A DNA stretch of 64,000 bases from NCBI GenBank assembly GCA_963785005.1, contig CAWATS010000008.1, positions 95,648-159,647 on the forward strand. Direction: 5' to 3'. Position 1 is the stretch's first letter. Each line of letters starts with the position of its first letter. A model generated the notes under the pieces. That model was not told the origin of the DNA, ran no database searches, and saw nothing but the letters and a program-made list of their open reading frames with translations. This DNA is from an uncultured Actinomycetota bacterium. Its GTDB lineage: Bacteria > Actinomycetota > Actinomycetes > Mycobacteriales > CADCTP01. The position numbers were made by a program, and so were the translations under genes. Positions 10,176 through 18,694 of the stretch are shown here, one piece after another.

Positions 10176-10204
10176 TTGCCGTTGCCGGCCCGCCTGCGTA
10201 CACT
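10176..10204 (+). promoter_or_regulatory. Candidate sigma-70-type promoter for infA-rpmJ-rpsM-rpsK-rpsD-rpoA-rplQ
   Basis: TTGCCG (10176-10181), 17-nt spacer, TACACT (10199-10204), about 115 nt upstream of infA in the only sizeable gap of this block. Confidence 0.45.
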
Positions 10205-10320
10205 GTGACGTCGGCGCTTGCGCCGCCTCTTTGCTGTGCTGTGGCCGCACAGCGGGATGGCGCCCTCGAGATGCATCGCCGGGAAACCGTACGGACCGAG
10301 CTGAGTAGTTAGCGGAGGAC

Positions 10321-10542
10321 ATGCCGAAGAAGGACGGAGCCATCGAGGTCGAGGGCCGCGTCGTCGAGCCCCTGCCCAACGCGATGTTCCGGGTCGAGCT
10401 GTCCAACGGACACCGGGTGCTCGCGCACATCAGCGGCAAGATGCGGCAGCACTACATCCGCATCCTGCCGGAGGACCGGGTGGTCGTGGAGCTCTCGCCG
10501 TACGACCTGTCCCGCGGACGCATCGTCTACCGCTACAAGTAG
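10321..10542 (+). CDS. infA: Translation initiation factor IF-1
   Basis: ATG 10321 after GGAGGA; [73 protein letters not shown]. Confidence 0.98.
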   Translation: MPKKDGAIEVEGRVVEPLPNAMFRVELSNGHRVLAHISGKMRQHYIRILPEDRVVVELSPYDLSRGRIVYRYK

Positions 10543-10590
10543 TTCGCCCGCTGGCCGCGCGGCTGGCAGTCCACGAGGAGAAGCACAGCC

Positions 10591-10704
10591 GTGAAGGTCA
10601 AGCCGAGCGTCAAGCCGATCTGCGACAAGTGCAAGGTGATCCGCCGGCACGGCCGGGTCATGGTGATCTGCGAGAACCTGCGCCACAAGCAGCGCCAGGG
10701 CTAG
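10591..10704 (+). CDS. rpmJ: 50S ribosomal protein L36
   Basis: Not in the ORF track (<60 aa). GTG 10591 to TAG 10702-10704 reads [37 protein letters not shown]. Confidence 0.95.
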   Translation: MKVKPSVKPICDKCKVIRRHGRVMVICENLRHKQRQG

Positions 10705-10831
10705 CAGCCCACCTCAACACGCCTCCCACCCCGCCACCGGCGGGTGCACCTCCGGTCGGAGGCCGGAGCCCCTCCCGCACGGGAGGGGACGGGTGGCCTC
10801 AGACCTCCGCCGCACGAAGGAGCACAGCCCG

Positions 10832-11212
10832 ATGGCACGCCTCGCCGGCGTCGACCTCCCCCGCGAGAAGCGGATGGAGATCGCGCTCACCTACATCTAC
10901 GGCATCGGCAAGACCCGCGCGCACGAGACGCTCGCCGCCACCGGCGTCAGCCCCGACCTGCGTTCCCGCGACCTGTCCGACGAGGACCTGGTCCGGCTGC
11001 GCGACCACATCGAGGCGACCTACCGGGTCGAGGGCGACCTGCGCCGCGAGGTGGCACAGGACATCCGGCGCAAGATCGAGATCGGCTGCTACCAGGGCAT
11101 CCGGCACCGCCGCGGCCTGCCCGTGCACGGCCAGCGCACCAAGACCAACGCCCGCACCCGCAAGGGGCCGAAGAAGACCATCGCCGGCAAGAAGAAGGCC
11201 GGACGGAAGTAG
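10832..11212 (+). CDS. rpsM: 30S ribosomal protein S13
   Basis: ATG 10832; [39 protein letters not shown]. Confidence 0.96.
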   Translation: MARLAGVDLPREKRMEIALTYIYGIGKTRAHETLAATGVSPDLRSRDLSDEDLVRLRDHIEATYRVEGDLRREVAQDIRRKIEIGCYQGIRHRRGLPVHGQRTKTNARTRKGPKKTIAGKKKAGRK

Positions 11213-11225
11213 GAGACGCCAAGAC

Positions 11226-11633
11226 ATGCCTCCCAGGGCTCGTACGGCCGCCGGCGTCAAGAAGGTCCGGCGCAAGGAGAAGAAGAACGTCGCCCACGGG
11301 CACGCCTACATCAAGAGCACGTTCAACAACACGATCGTGACCATCTGCGACCCGCTGGGGAACGTCATCTCGTGGGCGTCCTCCGGCCACGTCGGTTTCA
11401 AGGGCTCGCGCAAGTCGACGCCGTTCGCCGCGCAGCTCGCGGCGGAGAACGCCGGTCGCAAGGCGCAGGAGCACGGCATGCGCCGGGTCGACATCTTCGT
11501 CAAGGGGCCGGGTGCCGGCCGCGAGACGGCGATCCGCTCGCTGCAGGCGACCGGCCTCGAGGTCGGCTCCATCCAGGACGTCACCCCGCAGCCGCACAAC
11601 GGCTGCCGCCCGCCCAAGCGCCGCCGGGTCTGA
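11226..11633 (+). CDS. rpsK: 30S ribosomal protein S11
   Basis: ATG 11226; ...[52 protein letters not shown]. Confidence 0.96.
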   Translation: MPPRARTAAGVKKVRRKEKKNVAHGHAYIKSTFNNTIVTICDPLGNVISWASSGHVGFKGSRKSTPFAAQLAAENAGRKAQEHGMRRVDIFVKGPGAGRETAIRSLQATGLEVGSIQDVTPQPHNGCRPPKRRRV

Positions 11634-11647
11634 GGAGGATCTGAACC

Positions 11648-12274
11648 ATGGCCCGTTACACCGGCGCCGACTGCCGGCTCTGCCGGCGCGAGAAGATGAA
11701 GCTGTTCCTCAAGGGCAGCAAGTGCGAGAGCCCCAAGTGCCCGATCGAGATCCGGCCGTACCCGCCGGGCGAGCACGGCCGGGGCCGCACCAAGGACTCG
11801 GAGTACCTGCTCCAGCTGCGCGAGAAGCAGAAGGCCCGCCGGGTGTACGGCGTGCTGGAGAAGCAGTTCCGCGGGTACTACGAGGAGGCCAACCGCAAGA
11901 CCGGCAAGACCGGCGAGGTGCTGCTGCAGATCCTCGAGTCGCGGTTGGACAACGTGGTCTACCGGGCCGGCTTCGCGCCGTCCCGGGACGCCGCCCGGCA
12001 GCTCGTCCGGCACGGGCACTTCCTGGTCAACGGCCGGAAGGTGGACATCCCGTCGTACCGGGTCAGCCCGAGCGACATCGTCGAGGTGCGCGAGAAGTCC
12101 CGGGAGCTGACCCCGTTCGTGGTCGCCCGGGCGCAGGCCGGGTCCCGGCCGGTGCCCGCGTGGCTGGAGGTCATCTCCAACCGGATGCGCATCCTCGTGC
12201 ACTCCGTCCCGGCCCGGCAGGTCATCGACACGCCGGTCCAGGAGCAGCTCATCGTCGAGCTCTACTCCAAGTAG
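11648..12274 (+). CDS. rpsD: 30S ribosomal protein S4
   Basis: ATG 11648; [47 protein letters not shown]. Confidence 0.97.
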   Translation: MARYTGADCRLCRREKMKLFLKGSKCESPKCPIEIRPYPPGEHGRGRTKDSEYLLQLREKQKARRVYGVLEKQFRGYYEEANRKTGKTGEVLLQILESRLDNVVYRAGFAPSRDAARQLVRHGHFLVNGRKVDIPSYRVSPSDIVEVREKSRELTPFVVARAQAGSRPVPAWLEVISNRMRILVHSVPARQVIDTPVQEQLIVELYSK

Positions 12275-12325
12275 GGCTCCCGTTTCGGCCGTCAAATAGC
12301 GGGCGGTCGGAGAGGACGAAACACC

Positions 12326-13351
12326 ATGCTGATCACTCAGCGCCCCACCCTCACCGAGGAGCCGATCTCCGACTACCGGAGCCGGTTCGTCATCGAGCCG
12401 CTGGAGCCGGGCTTCGGCTACACGCTCGGCAACTCGCTGCGCCGCACGCTGCTGTCCTCGATCCCGGGCGCCGCGGTCACCAGCATCCGCATCGACGGCG
12501 TCCTGCACGAGTTCACCACCGTGCCGGGCGTCAAGGAGGACGTCACCGACCTCATCCTCAACCTCAAGGAGCTCGTCGTGAGCTCCGAGAGCGACGAGCC
12601 GGTGACCATGTACCTGCGCAAGCAGGGGCCCGGTGAGGTCACCGCCGCGGACATCGCGCCGCCGGCGGGGGTCACGGTGCACAACCCGGACCTGCACCTG
12701 GCCACCATCAACAAGAAGGGCCGGCTGGAGATCGAGCTGGTCGTCGAGCGCGGCCGTGGCTACGTGCCGGCCACCCAGAACAAGCAGCCCGGACAGGAGA
12801 TCGGCCGGGTGCCGGTGGACTCCATCTACTCGCCGGTGCTCAAGGTGACCTACCGGGTCGAGGCGACCCGGGTCGAGCAGCGGACCGACTTCGACAAGCT
12901 GGTGGTCGACGTCGAGAGCAAGCCGTCGATCCTGCCCCGGGACGCGATGGCCAGCGCCGGCAAGACGCTGGTCGAGCTGTTCGGGCTGGCCCGCGAGCTC
13001 AACGTCGACGCCGAGGGCATCGAGGTCGGCCCGTCCCCGCAGGAGCAGGAGAACCTCGCCAACTTCTCGATGCCGATCGAGGAGATGGAGCTGACGGTCC
13101 GCTCGTACAACTGCCTCAAGCGGGAGGGCATCCACACCGTCGGCGAGCTGATCAGCCGCAGCGAGGCCGACCTGCTGGACATCCGCAACTTCGGCGCGAA
13201 GTCCATCGACGAGGTCAAGATGAAGCTGGCGCAGATGGGACTGTCCCTCAAGGACAGCCCGCCCGGCTTCGACCCGGCCAACGTCGTGGACACGTACGGC
13301 ACCGACGACTACGCCGGCGACTCGGACTACGCCGAGACCGAGCAGCTGTAA
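12326..13351 (+). CDS. rpoA: DNA-directed RNA polymerase subunit alpha
   Basis: ATG 12326; [63 protein letters not shown]...[22 protein letters not shown]. Confidence 0.98.
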   Translation: MLITQRPTLTEEPISDYRSRFVIEPLEPGFGYTLGNSLRRTLLSSIPGAAVTSIRIDGVLHEFTTVPGVKEDVTDLILNLKELVVSSESDEPVTMYLRKQGPGEVTAADIAPPAGVTVHNPDLHLATINKKGRLEIELVVERGRGYVPATQNKQPGQEIGRVPVDSIYSPVLKVTYRVEATRVEQRTDFDKLVVDVESKPSILPRDAMASAGKTLVELFGLARELNVDAEGIEVGPSPQEQENLANFSMPIEEMELTVRSYNCLKREGIHTVGELISRSEADLLDIRNFGAKSIDEVKMKLAQMGLSLKDSPPGFDPANVVDTYGTDDYAGDSDYAETEQL

Positions 13352-13374
13352 GCCCGAGCTAGGAGACCCTCGCC

Positions 13375-14169
13375 ATGCCCCAGCCCACCAAGGGTGCCCG
13401 CCTCGGCGCCGGCCCGGCCCACCAGCGACTGATGCTGGCGGGCCTGGCCACGTCGCTGTTCGAGCACGGCCGGATCACCACCACCGAGGCCAAGGCCAAG
13501 CGGCTGCGCCCGCTGGCCGAGCGGCTGATCACCTTCGCCAAGCGGGGTGACCTGCACGCCCGGCGGCAGGTGATGACGGTGGTGCGGGACAAGGACGTGG
13601 TGCACACCCTGTTCGCCGAGATCGGGCCGCGGTTCGCCGCGCGGGCCGGCGGCTACACCCGGATCGTCAAGCTGGGGCCGCGCAAGGGCGACAACGCCCC
13701 GATGGCGCTGATCGAGCTGGTCGAGGCGCTCACCGTCGGGCAGGAGGCGGTCGGCGAGGCGGAGCGGGCGCGGGGGAGCCGGTTCCAGTCCCGGCGCGCC
13801 CGCACCCGGTCCGCCGGGGCCGGGGCCGCCGGTGGGGCGGCCGCGGCCGCCGCTCCCGCGGAGGCCGCCGACACCGACACCGACACCGAGGCCACCCCGT
13901 CGCCGAGGCCGAGCCGGCCGAGGCGGAGCCGGTCGAGGCGGAGCCGGTCGAGGCGGCGGCGGTCGGCGACGGTGGTCCGGTCACGGTGCAGGCCGCGGAC
14001 GCCGATGAGGTGGCGGCGGAGCCGACGCTGTAGCCGGCGACGCGGTGGCCGACGGTCGGTGACCGACGACGCGGTGGCCGACGGCGCCGGGGACGAGGAG
14101 ACGCCTCCTGCCGAGGCGCTCGACGCGACCCCGGACGACGACGAGCCGACCGGCGACGTCAAGGCCTGA
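13375..14169 (+). CDS. rplQ: 50S ribosomal protein L17 with a long low-complexity C-terminal tail (reading frame of the tail is uncertain)
   Basis: ATG 13375; [52 protein letters not shown]...[25 protein letters not shown]. After about 13890 the open frame turns Arg/Ser-rich with rare AGG/TCA/TGT codons, while acidic alternative frames look native (see finding). Confidence 0.9.
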   Translation: MPQPTKGARLGAGPAHQRLMLAGLATSLFEHGRITTTEAKAKRLRPLAERLITFAKRGDLHARRQVMTVVRDKDVVHTLFAEIGPRFAARAGGYTRIVKLGPRKGDNAPMALIELVEALTVGQEAVGEAERARGSRFQSRRARTRSAGAGAAGGAAAAAAPAEAADTDTDTEATPSPRPSRPRRSRSRRSRSRRRRSATVVRSRCRPRTPMRWRRSRRCSRRRGGRRSVTDDAVADGAGDEETPPAEALDATPDDDEPTGDVKA

Positions 14170-14188
14170 CCGCCCGCTCGACGTGGTC

Positions 14189-14221
14189 GAGCCCGCCGCT
14201 CCCTGCGGGGACGGCGGGCTC
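14189..14221. terminator. Bidirectional hairpin terminator between convergent rplQ and the SDR gene
   Basis: GAGCCCGCCG (14189-14198) pairs with CGGCGGGCTC (14212-14221). The inner TCCC/GGGA extends the stem. No T-tract, as is usual in GC-rich actinomycetes. Confidence 0.5.
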
Positions 14222-14301
14222 GTCCGCGTCCGCCGGACCAGGAGCCACGGCCGCCGCGGCCCGGCCCCCGGGGAGCTCGCCCGCCGGCCCCGCGCGGCGG
14301 C

Positions 14302-15135
14302 TCAGCCGCCGCCGTCGGGTCGTCGGGACCCGGGCCGCACGGGGTGGCGGCTGAGCCAGGCGGACCAGGTGGTCGTGCCGCGACGTCCGTCCCGGCAGAC
14401 CTGTCGGCCCGCCGCCCGCAGCGCGAAGCCCGGCAGCCGGACGCCCACGATGCGACCGCCGGCGCCGCGGGCGGCCTGGTACTGGCGCGCCATCTCGGCC
14501 AGGGTCAGGACCTCCGGGCCGCCGAAGTCCTCCCGGACGCCACCGGGCCCGGCCGCGACGCAACCGACGACGTACTCGGCGAAGTCGGCGGAGTCGACCG
14601 GCTGCATCGGCAGGTTCGACGGGACCGGCCACAGGCGCCGACCCGCCATTCCGTCCAGCATCCGGGCGAGCAGCCAGTAGAAGCCGGTCGCCGGGAGGAT
14701 GGACCAGGGCGCCGCCGACTCCTCGACCAGCCGCTCCGCCTCCGCCTTCCGCCGGGAGTACGGCAGCCGGGCATCCCGGACGCCGACGATCGAGACGTGC
14801 AGGACGTGCCCGACGCCGGCTGCGGCGGCCTCAGCCAGCAGCTGCCGGGTGCCGTCCACGTCGACGTCCGAGGGGCTGCGGACGAAGTCGCCGAGCCGCA
14901 GCCCGCCCCGGCGCGCCGCGGGAGAGTTGGTGGCGGCATGGACGACCGTGTCGACGCCGGCAACCGCCTCCGCGATCCCGGCTCCGGTGCCGAGGTCGCC
15001 CCGGACCCAGTCGACGGCCGGGTCGTCGCCGGGCCGGCGGGCGAGGACGCGCACGCGATCGCCCCGGTCGGCGAGCAGCCGGACGACGTCCCTGCCGAGG
15101 TGACCGGTGCCGCCGGTGACCAGCACTGTGCTCAT
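14302..15135 (-). CDS. NAD(P)-binding SDR/NmrA-like protein
   Basis: ATG 15135; MSTVLVTGGTGHLGRDVVRLLADRGDRVRVLARRP (Rossmann GxxGxxG), 277 aa. Confidence 0.8.
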   Translation of the reverse strand: MSTVLVTGGTGHLGRDVVRLLADRGDRVRVLARRPGDDPAVDWVRGDLGTGAGIAEAVAGVDTVVHAATNSPAARRGGLRLGDFVRSPSDVDVDGTRQLLAEAAAAGVGHVLHVSIVGVRDARLPYSRRKAEAERLVEESAAPWSILPATGFYWLLARMLDGMAGRRLWPVPSNLPMQPVDSADFAEYVVGCVAAGPGGVREDFGGPEVLTLAEMARQYQAARGAGGRIVGVRLPGFALRAAGRQVCRDGRRGTTTWSAWLSRHPVRPGSRRPDGGG

Positions 15136-15256
15136 GGTGCCTGCTCCCTTCCTGGCGTTCCTGCTCTGACGACGGGACAGGGTGGTCCGGTTGTGACAGG
15201 GTCCCGGCAGCGACTCGACGCGGCCCCTGACACTGGCGCGGCCCGGAGGAGGTGCC

Positions 15257-16108
15257 ATGGACAGCCCCGGGTCGGTCCGCGTCCGGCTGGACCTGGCCTA
15301 CGACGGGGGCGGGTTCGCCGGGTGGGCGGCCCAGCCGGGGCAGCGGACCGTGCAGGGAACCGTCGAGGAGGCGCTCGCCCGGCTGCTGCGGGCGCCGGCG
15401 GCGCTGACGGTCGCCGGGCGCACCGACTCCGGCGTGCACGCGACCGGGCAGGTCGCGCACGCGGACGTGCCCGCCACGGCATGGGTGTCCACACGCGACA
15501 CCCTGGTGCGGCGGCTCGCCGGGGTGCTGCCGCCGGACGTCCGGGTGCGGACGGTGGCGTCGGCGCCGGCCGGCTTCGACGCGCGCTTCTCCGCGCTGTG
15601 GCGGCGCTACGCGTACCGGGTCACCGACACCGAGTGGGGTCCGGACCCGCTGCGCAGGCACGACACGCTCGGCTGGCCGCGCCCGCTGGACCTCGACCGG
15701 CTCGCCGAGGCGTCCGCCGCCCTGCTCGGCGAGCACGACTTCGCCGCCTACTGCCGCCGCCGGGAGGGCGCCACCACGATCCGCGCCCTGCGGCGGCTGG
15801 ACTGGGCCCGCGGCGGCGACGGCGTGCTCACCGCGACCGTGCAGGCCGACGCCTTCTGCCACTCGATGGTCCGCGGCCTGGTCGGTGCGCTGCTCGCCGT
15901 CGGCGAGGGCCGCAGGCCGGCCGGCTGGCCGGCCGCCCTGCTCGCGGCGAGCGACCGCAGCGGCGCCGTCACCGTCGCGCCAGCGCACGGCCTGACCCTG
16001 GTGGCGGTCGGCTACCCGCCGGACGCCGAGCTGGCCGCCCGCGCAGCCGCCACCCGCCGCCGACGGGACACCCGACCGAGCGCTGAAAGCCTGCCGAACG
16101 GACCTTGA
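15257..16108 (+). CDS. truA: tRNA pseudouridine(38-40) synthase TruA
   Basis: ATG 15257; [32 protein letters not shown]...[20 protein letters not shown] (catalytic RTDxGVHA motif); conserved position after rplQ. Confidence 0.93.
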   Translation: MDSPGSVRVRLDLAYDGGGFAGWAAQPGQRTVQGTVEEALARLLRAPAALTVAGRTDSGVHATGQVAHADVPATAWVSTRDTLVRRLAGVLPPDVRVRTVASAPAGFDARFSALWRRYAYRVTDTEWGPDPLRRHDTLGWPRPLDLDRLAEASAALLGEHDFAAYCRRREGATTIRALRRLDWARGGDGVLTATVQADAFCHSMVRGLVGALLAVGEGRRPAGWPAALLAASDRSGAVTVAPAHGLTLVAVGYPPDAELAARAAATRRRRDTRPSAESLPNGP

Positions 16109-16164
16109 CCCACCCTGGGTGACCGATAGGGTGCGCAGCGTCTTGTCCGCACAAGGGGGTGCCC

Positions 16165-18615
16165 ATGACAACCTCGGTCCCGTCCGCACGGCGTCATCAC
16201 CGCACGCTCACCGTTCTCGCCCTCGCGGCCCTCGCCTCCGGCGGCGTCGTCGCGGCGGCCGGACCGGCCACCGCGGCGCCGGAGAACATCCTGCGTGCCG
16301 AGGCCTCGCGCGACCTCAGCTGCGTCGCGAGGCTCTACCCCGGCGCCCCGAGCGTCGACCGCCGGACGTTCACCTCGACCGTGACCGGCATCATGCAGGC
16401 GCGGCTGACCGGCGGCGGTGACTGGGACCTGGCCGTCTTCGACGGGCGGACGGGGACCGTCGTCGCCGGCTCGGCCGGCTACCGGACCAACGAGCTCGCC
16501 GAGGGCTTCGTCACCAGCGGGCAGAACCTCATCGTGCAGGGCTGCCGCTTCCGCGGCGGCGCGGCCCGGGCGACCCTGTCGGTCGAGTTCTTCGCCAGCC
16601 CGACGCCGGCGGCGGCCGGCCAGCAGGTCCAGGTGGTCGAGGTCGCCACGCCCGACCGCGCCGCCAAGCGGCGGCTGCAGCGACTCGAGCTCGACCTCAC
16701 CGAGCACGGCACCGCCCGCACGGTCGAGGTCGTGCTGCACGGCGACGCGGACGCCCGGCGGCTGCGGGCGGCCGGCTTCCGGTACTCGGTCAAGATCGCC
16801 GACCTCGGCGCGCGCACCGAGGCGAACCGCCGGGCCGACCAGCGTTACGACGCCGCCACCGCCGCGTCGGCACTGCCCAGCGGCCGCACGTTCTACCGCC
16901 GGCTGTTCGACTACCAGCTGGAGATGAAGCGGCTGTCGCTGCGCAACCCCGCGCTGGTGCGCCCGCTGACCCTGCCCAACCGGACGATCGAGGGCCGGGA
17001 CGTCGAGGGCATCGAGATCACCACCGGCGCGCGCACCATCGCCGACGGCAAGCCGGTCTTCCTCAACATGGGCGCACACCACGCCCGTGAGTGGCCGTCG
17101 GCGGAGCATGCCATGGAGTTCGGCTACGACCTGCTGACGAACTACCGCGGCGACCGCGGCGTCCGCCGGCTCGTCGAGCGCACCCGGACGATCGTGGTCC
17201 CGGTCGTCAACCCCGACGGCTTCAACGTCTCCCGCGAGGCGCCCTCGATCGGCGGCGACTTCAGCCTGTTCGACTACGAGTACAAGCGCAAGAACTGCCG
17301 GGAGACCGACTCGCCCCCCGCGTACCGCGGCGGCACCTGCGGCGCCAACCCGGCCGGCCGGCTGCGCGGCACCGACCTCAACCGCAACTACGCCGGCTTC
17401 TGGGGCGGCCCCGGCGCCAGCCCGAGCTGGTCGGACGACACCTACCGCGGCTCCGCGCCGTTCTCCGAGCCCGAGACGCAGAACATCCGCCAGCTGGTCT
17501 CGACCCGGCAGGTGACGAACCTGATCACCAACCACACCTACTCGAACCTGGTGCTGCGGCCACCCGGTGTCTTCGAGGTCCGACCGCCGCTGGAGGACGG
17601 CCTGTACCAGGCGCTCGGGGCGAGGATGACCAGCCACAACGGCTACCTCAACCAGCGCGGCTACGAGCTCTACGACACCACCGGCACCACCGAGGACTGG
17701 AGCTTCTGGAACACCGGCGGTCTCGGCTTCACCTTCGAGATCGGCCCGGACGAGTTCCACCCGCCGTACGAGACCGGCGTCGTCGCCGAGTACCTGGGGC
17801 TCCCGCCGGCGGCCGGCGCCGGCAACGGCGGCAACCGGGCCGCGTACTACGAGATGTCCTCCTCGACGGCCGACACGGCGCTGCACTCCACCATCCAGGG
17901 GACCGCGCCGCGCGGGGCGATCCTGCGGGTGCACAAGCAGTTCACGACGCCGACCTCGCCGGTGATCGCCGCGGACGGCACGGTGGGGGAGCCGATCCTC
18001 TACACCGACGTGCTGGACACGACGTACCGCGCTCCGGGCGGGCGCTTCCGCTTCGCGGTCAACCCCTCGACCCGGCCGTACGTCGCCGGCCGGCTCGGTC
18101 GCGACCCGACCGGCCCGCCGCAGGCGGACATCACGTTCGCCAACCCGCCCGGCATCCCGGCGGAGAACCAGGGCGACCCGCTGGAGGGGGCCGCCGAGCG
18201 GATCCCGTTCACCATCCAGGGGCCGCCGGACGTCGACAACGGCACCGCCACCGTGCGCATCAGCTGGGGCGACTCCGCGACGGACTGGGACCTCTACGTC
18301 ATCGACGCCGACGGGCAGGTGGTGGCGCAGTCGGCCAACTTCGCCACGACCACCGAGAACGCCCGCCTGGTCGACCCGCCGGCCGGCGAGTACACGGCCG
18401 TCATCGTCAACTACGAGGGCGGCGCGGCCAGCGACTGGACCGCGGGCGGCGTCGAGTTCGCCAGCCCGCTGCCGACCACGTTCGGGCCGAAGGAGACCTG
18501 GACGCTGACCTGCGAGCGGGCGAACGGCACCGTCCGGGCGTCCCAGCAGGTGTACGTCGACCGCGGCCAGGTTGTCGACGTCGGCCGGGTCTGCCGGCCG
18601 GACGCGGCCAAGTGA
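16165..18615 (+). CDS. Secreted zinc carboxypeptidase, peptidase M14 family, with a large C-terminal extension
   Basis: ATG 16165 after AAGGGGG; signal-like MTTSVPSARRHHRTLTVLALAALASGGVVAAAGPATA; HHAREWPSAEHAMEF (HxxE zinc site) and ...NHTYSNLVLRPPG. Confidence 0.85.
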   Translation: MTTSVPSARRHHRTLTVLALAALASGGVVAAAGPATAAPENILRAEASRDLSCVARLYPGAPSVDRRTFTSTVTGIMQARLTGGGDWDLAVFDGRTGTVVAGSAGYRTNELAEGFVTSGQNLIVQGCRFRGGAARATLSVEFFASPTPAAAGQQVQVVEVATPDRAAKRRLQRLELDLTEHGTARTVEVVLHGDADARRLRAAGFRYSVKIADLGARTEANRRADQRYDAATAASALPSGRTFYRRLFDYQLEMKRLSLRNPALVRPLTLPNRTIEGRDVEGIEITTGARTIADGKPVFLNMGAHHAREWPSAEHAMEFGYDLLTNYRGDRGVRRLVERTRTIVVPVVNPDGFNVSREAPSIGGDFSLFDYEYKRKNCRETDSPPAYRGGTCGANPAGRLRGTDLNRNYAGFWGGPGASPSWSDDTYRGSAPFSEPETQNIRQLVSTRQVTNLITNHTYSNLVLRPPGVFEVRPPLEDGLYQALGARMTSHNGYLNQRGYELYDTTGTTEDWSFWNTGGLGFTFEIGPDEFHPPYETGVVAEYLGLPPAAGAGNGGNRAAYYEMSSSTADTALHSTIQGTAPRGAILRVHKQFTTPTSPVIAADGTVGEPILYTDVLDTTYRAPGGRFRFAVNPSTRPYVAGRLGRDPTGPPQADITFANPPGIPAENQGDPLEGAAERIPFTIQGPPDVDNGTATVRISWGDSATDWDLYVIDADGQVVAQSANFATTTENARLVDPPAGEYTAVIVNYEGGAASDWTAGGVEFASPLPTTFGPKETWTLTCERANGTVRASQQVYVDRGQVVDVGRVCRPDAAK

Positions 18616-18620
18616 CCCGG

Positions 18621-18649
18621 GGCCGGGGCGTCCTCGTGGCGCCCCGGCC
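18621..18649 (+). terminator. Hairpin terminator after the M14 peptidase gene
   Basis: GGCCGGGGCG (18621-18630), 9-nt loop, CGCCCCGGCC (18640-18649), starting 6 nt after the stop. Confidence 0.5.
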
Positions 18650-18694
18650 ACCCCGGGCCGGGTTAGCATCGGCCGGACCGGGAGGAGGGCCGGC

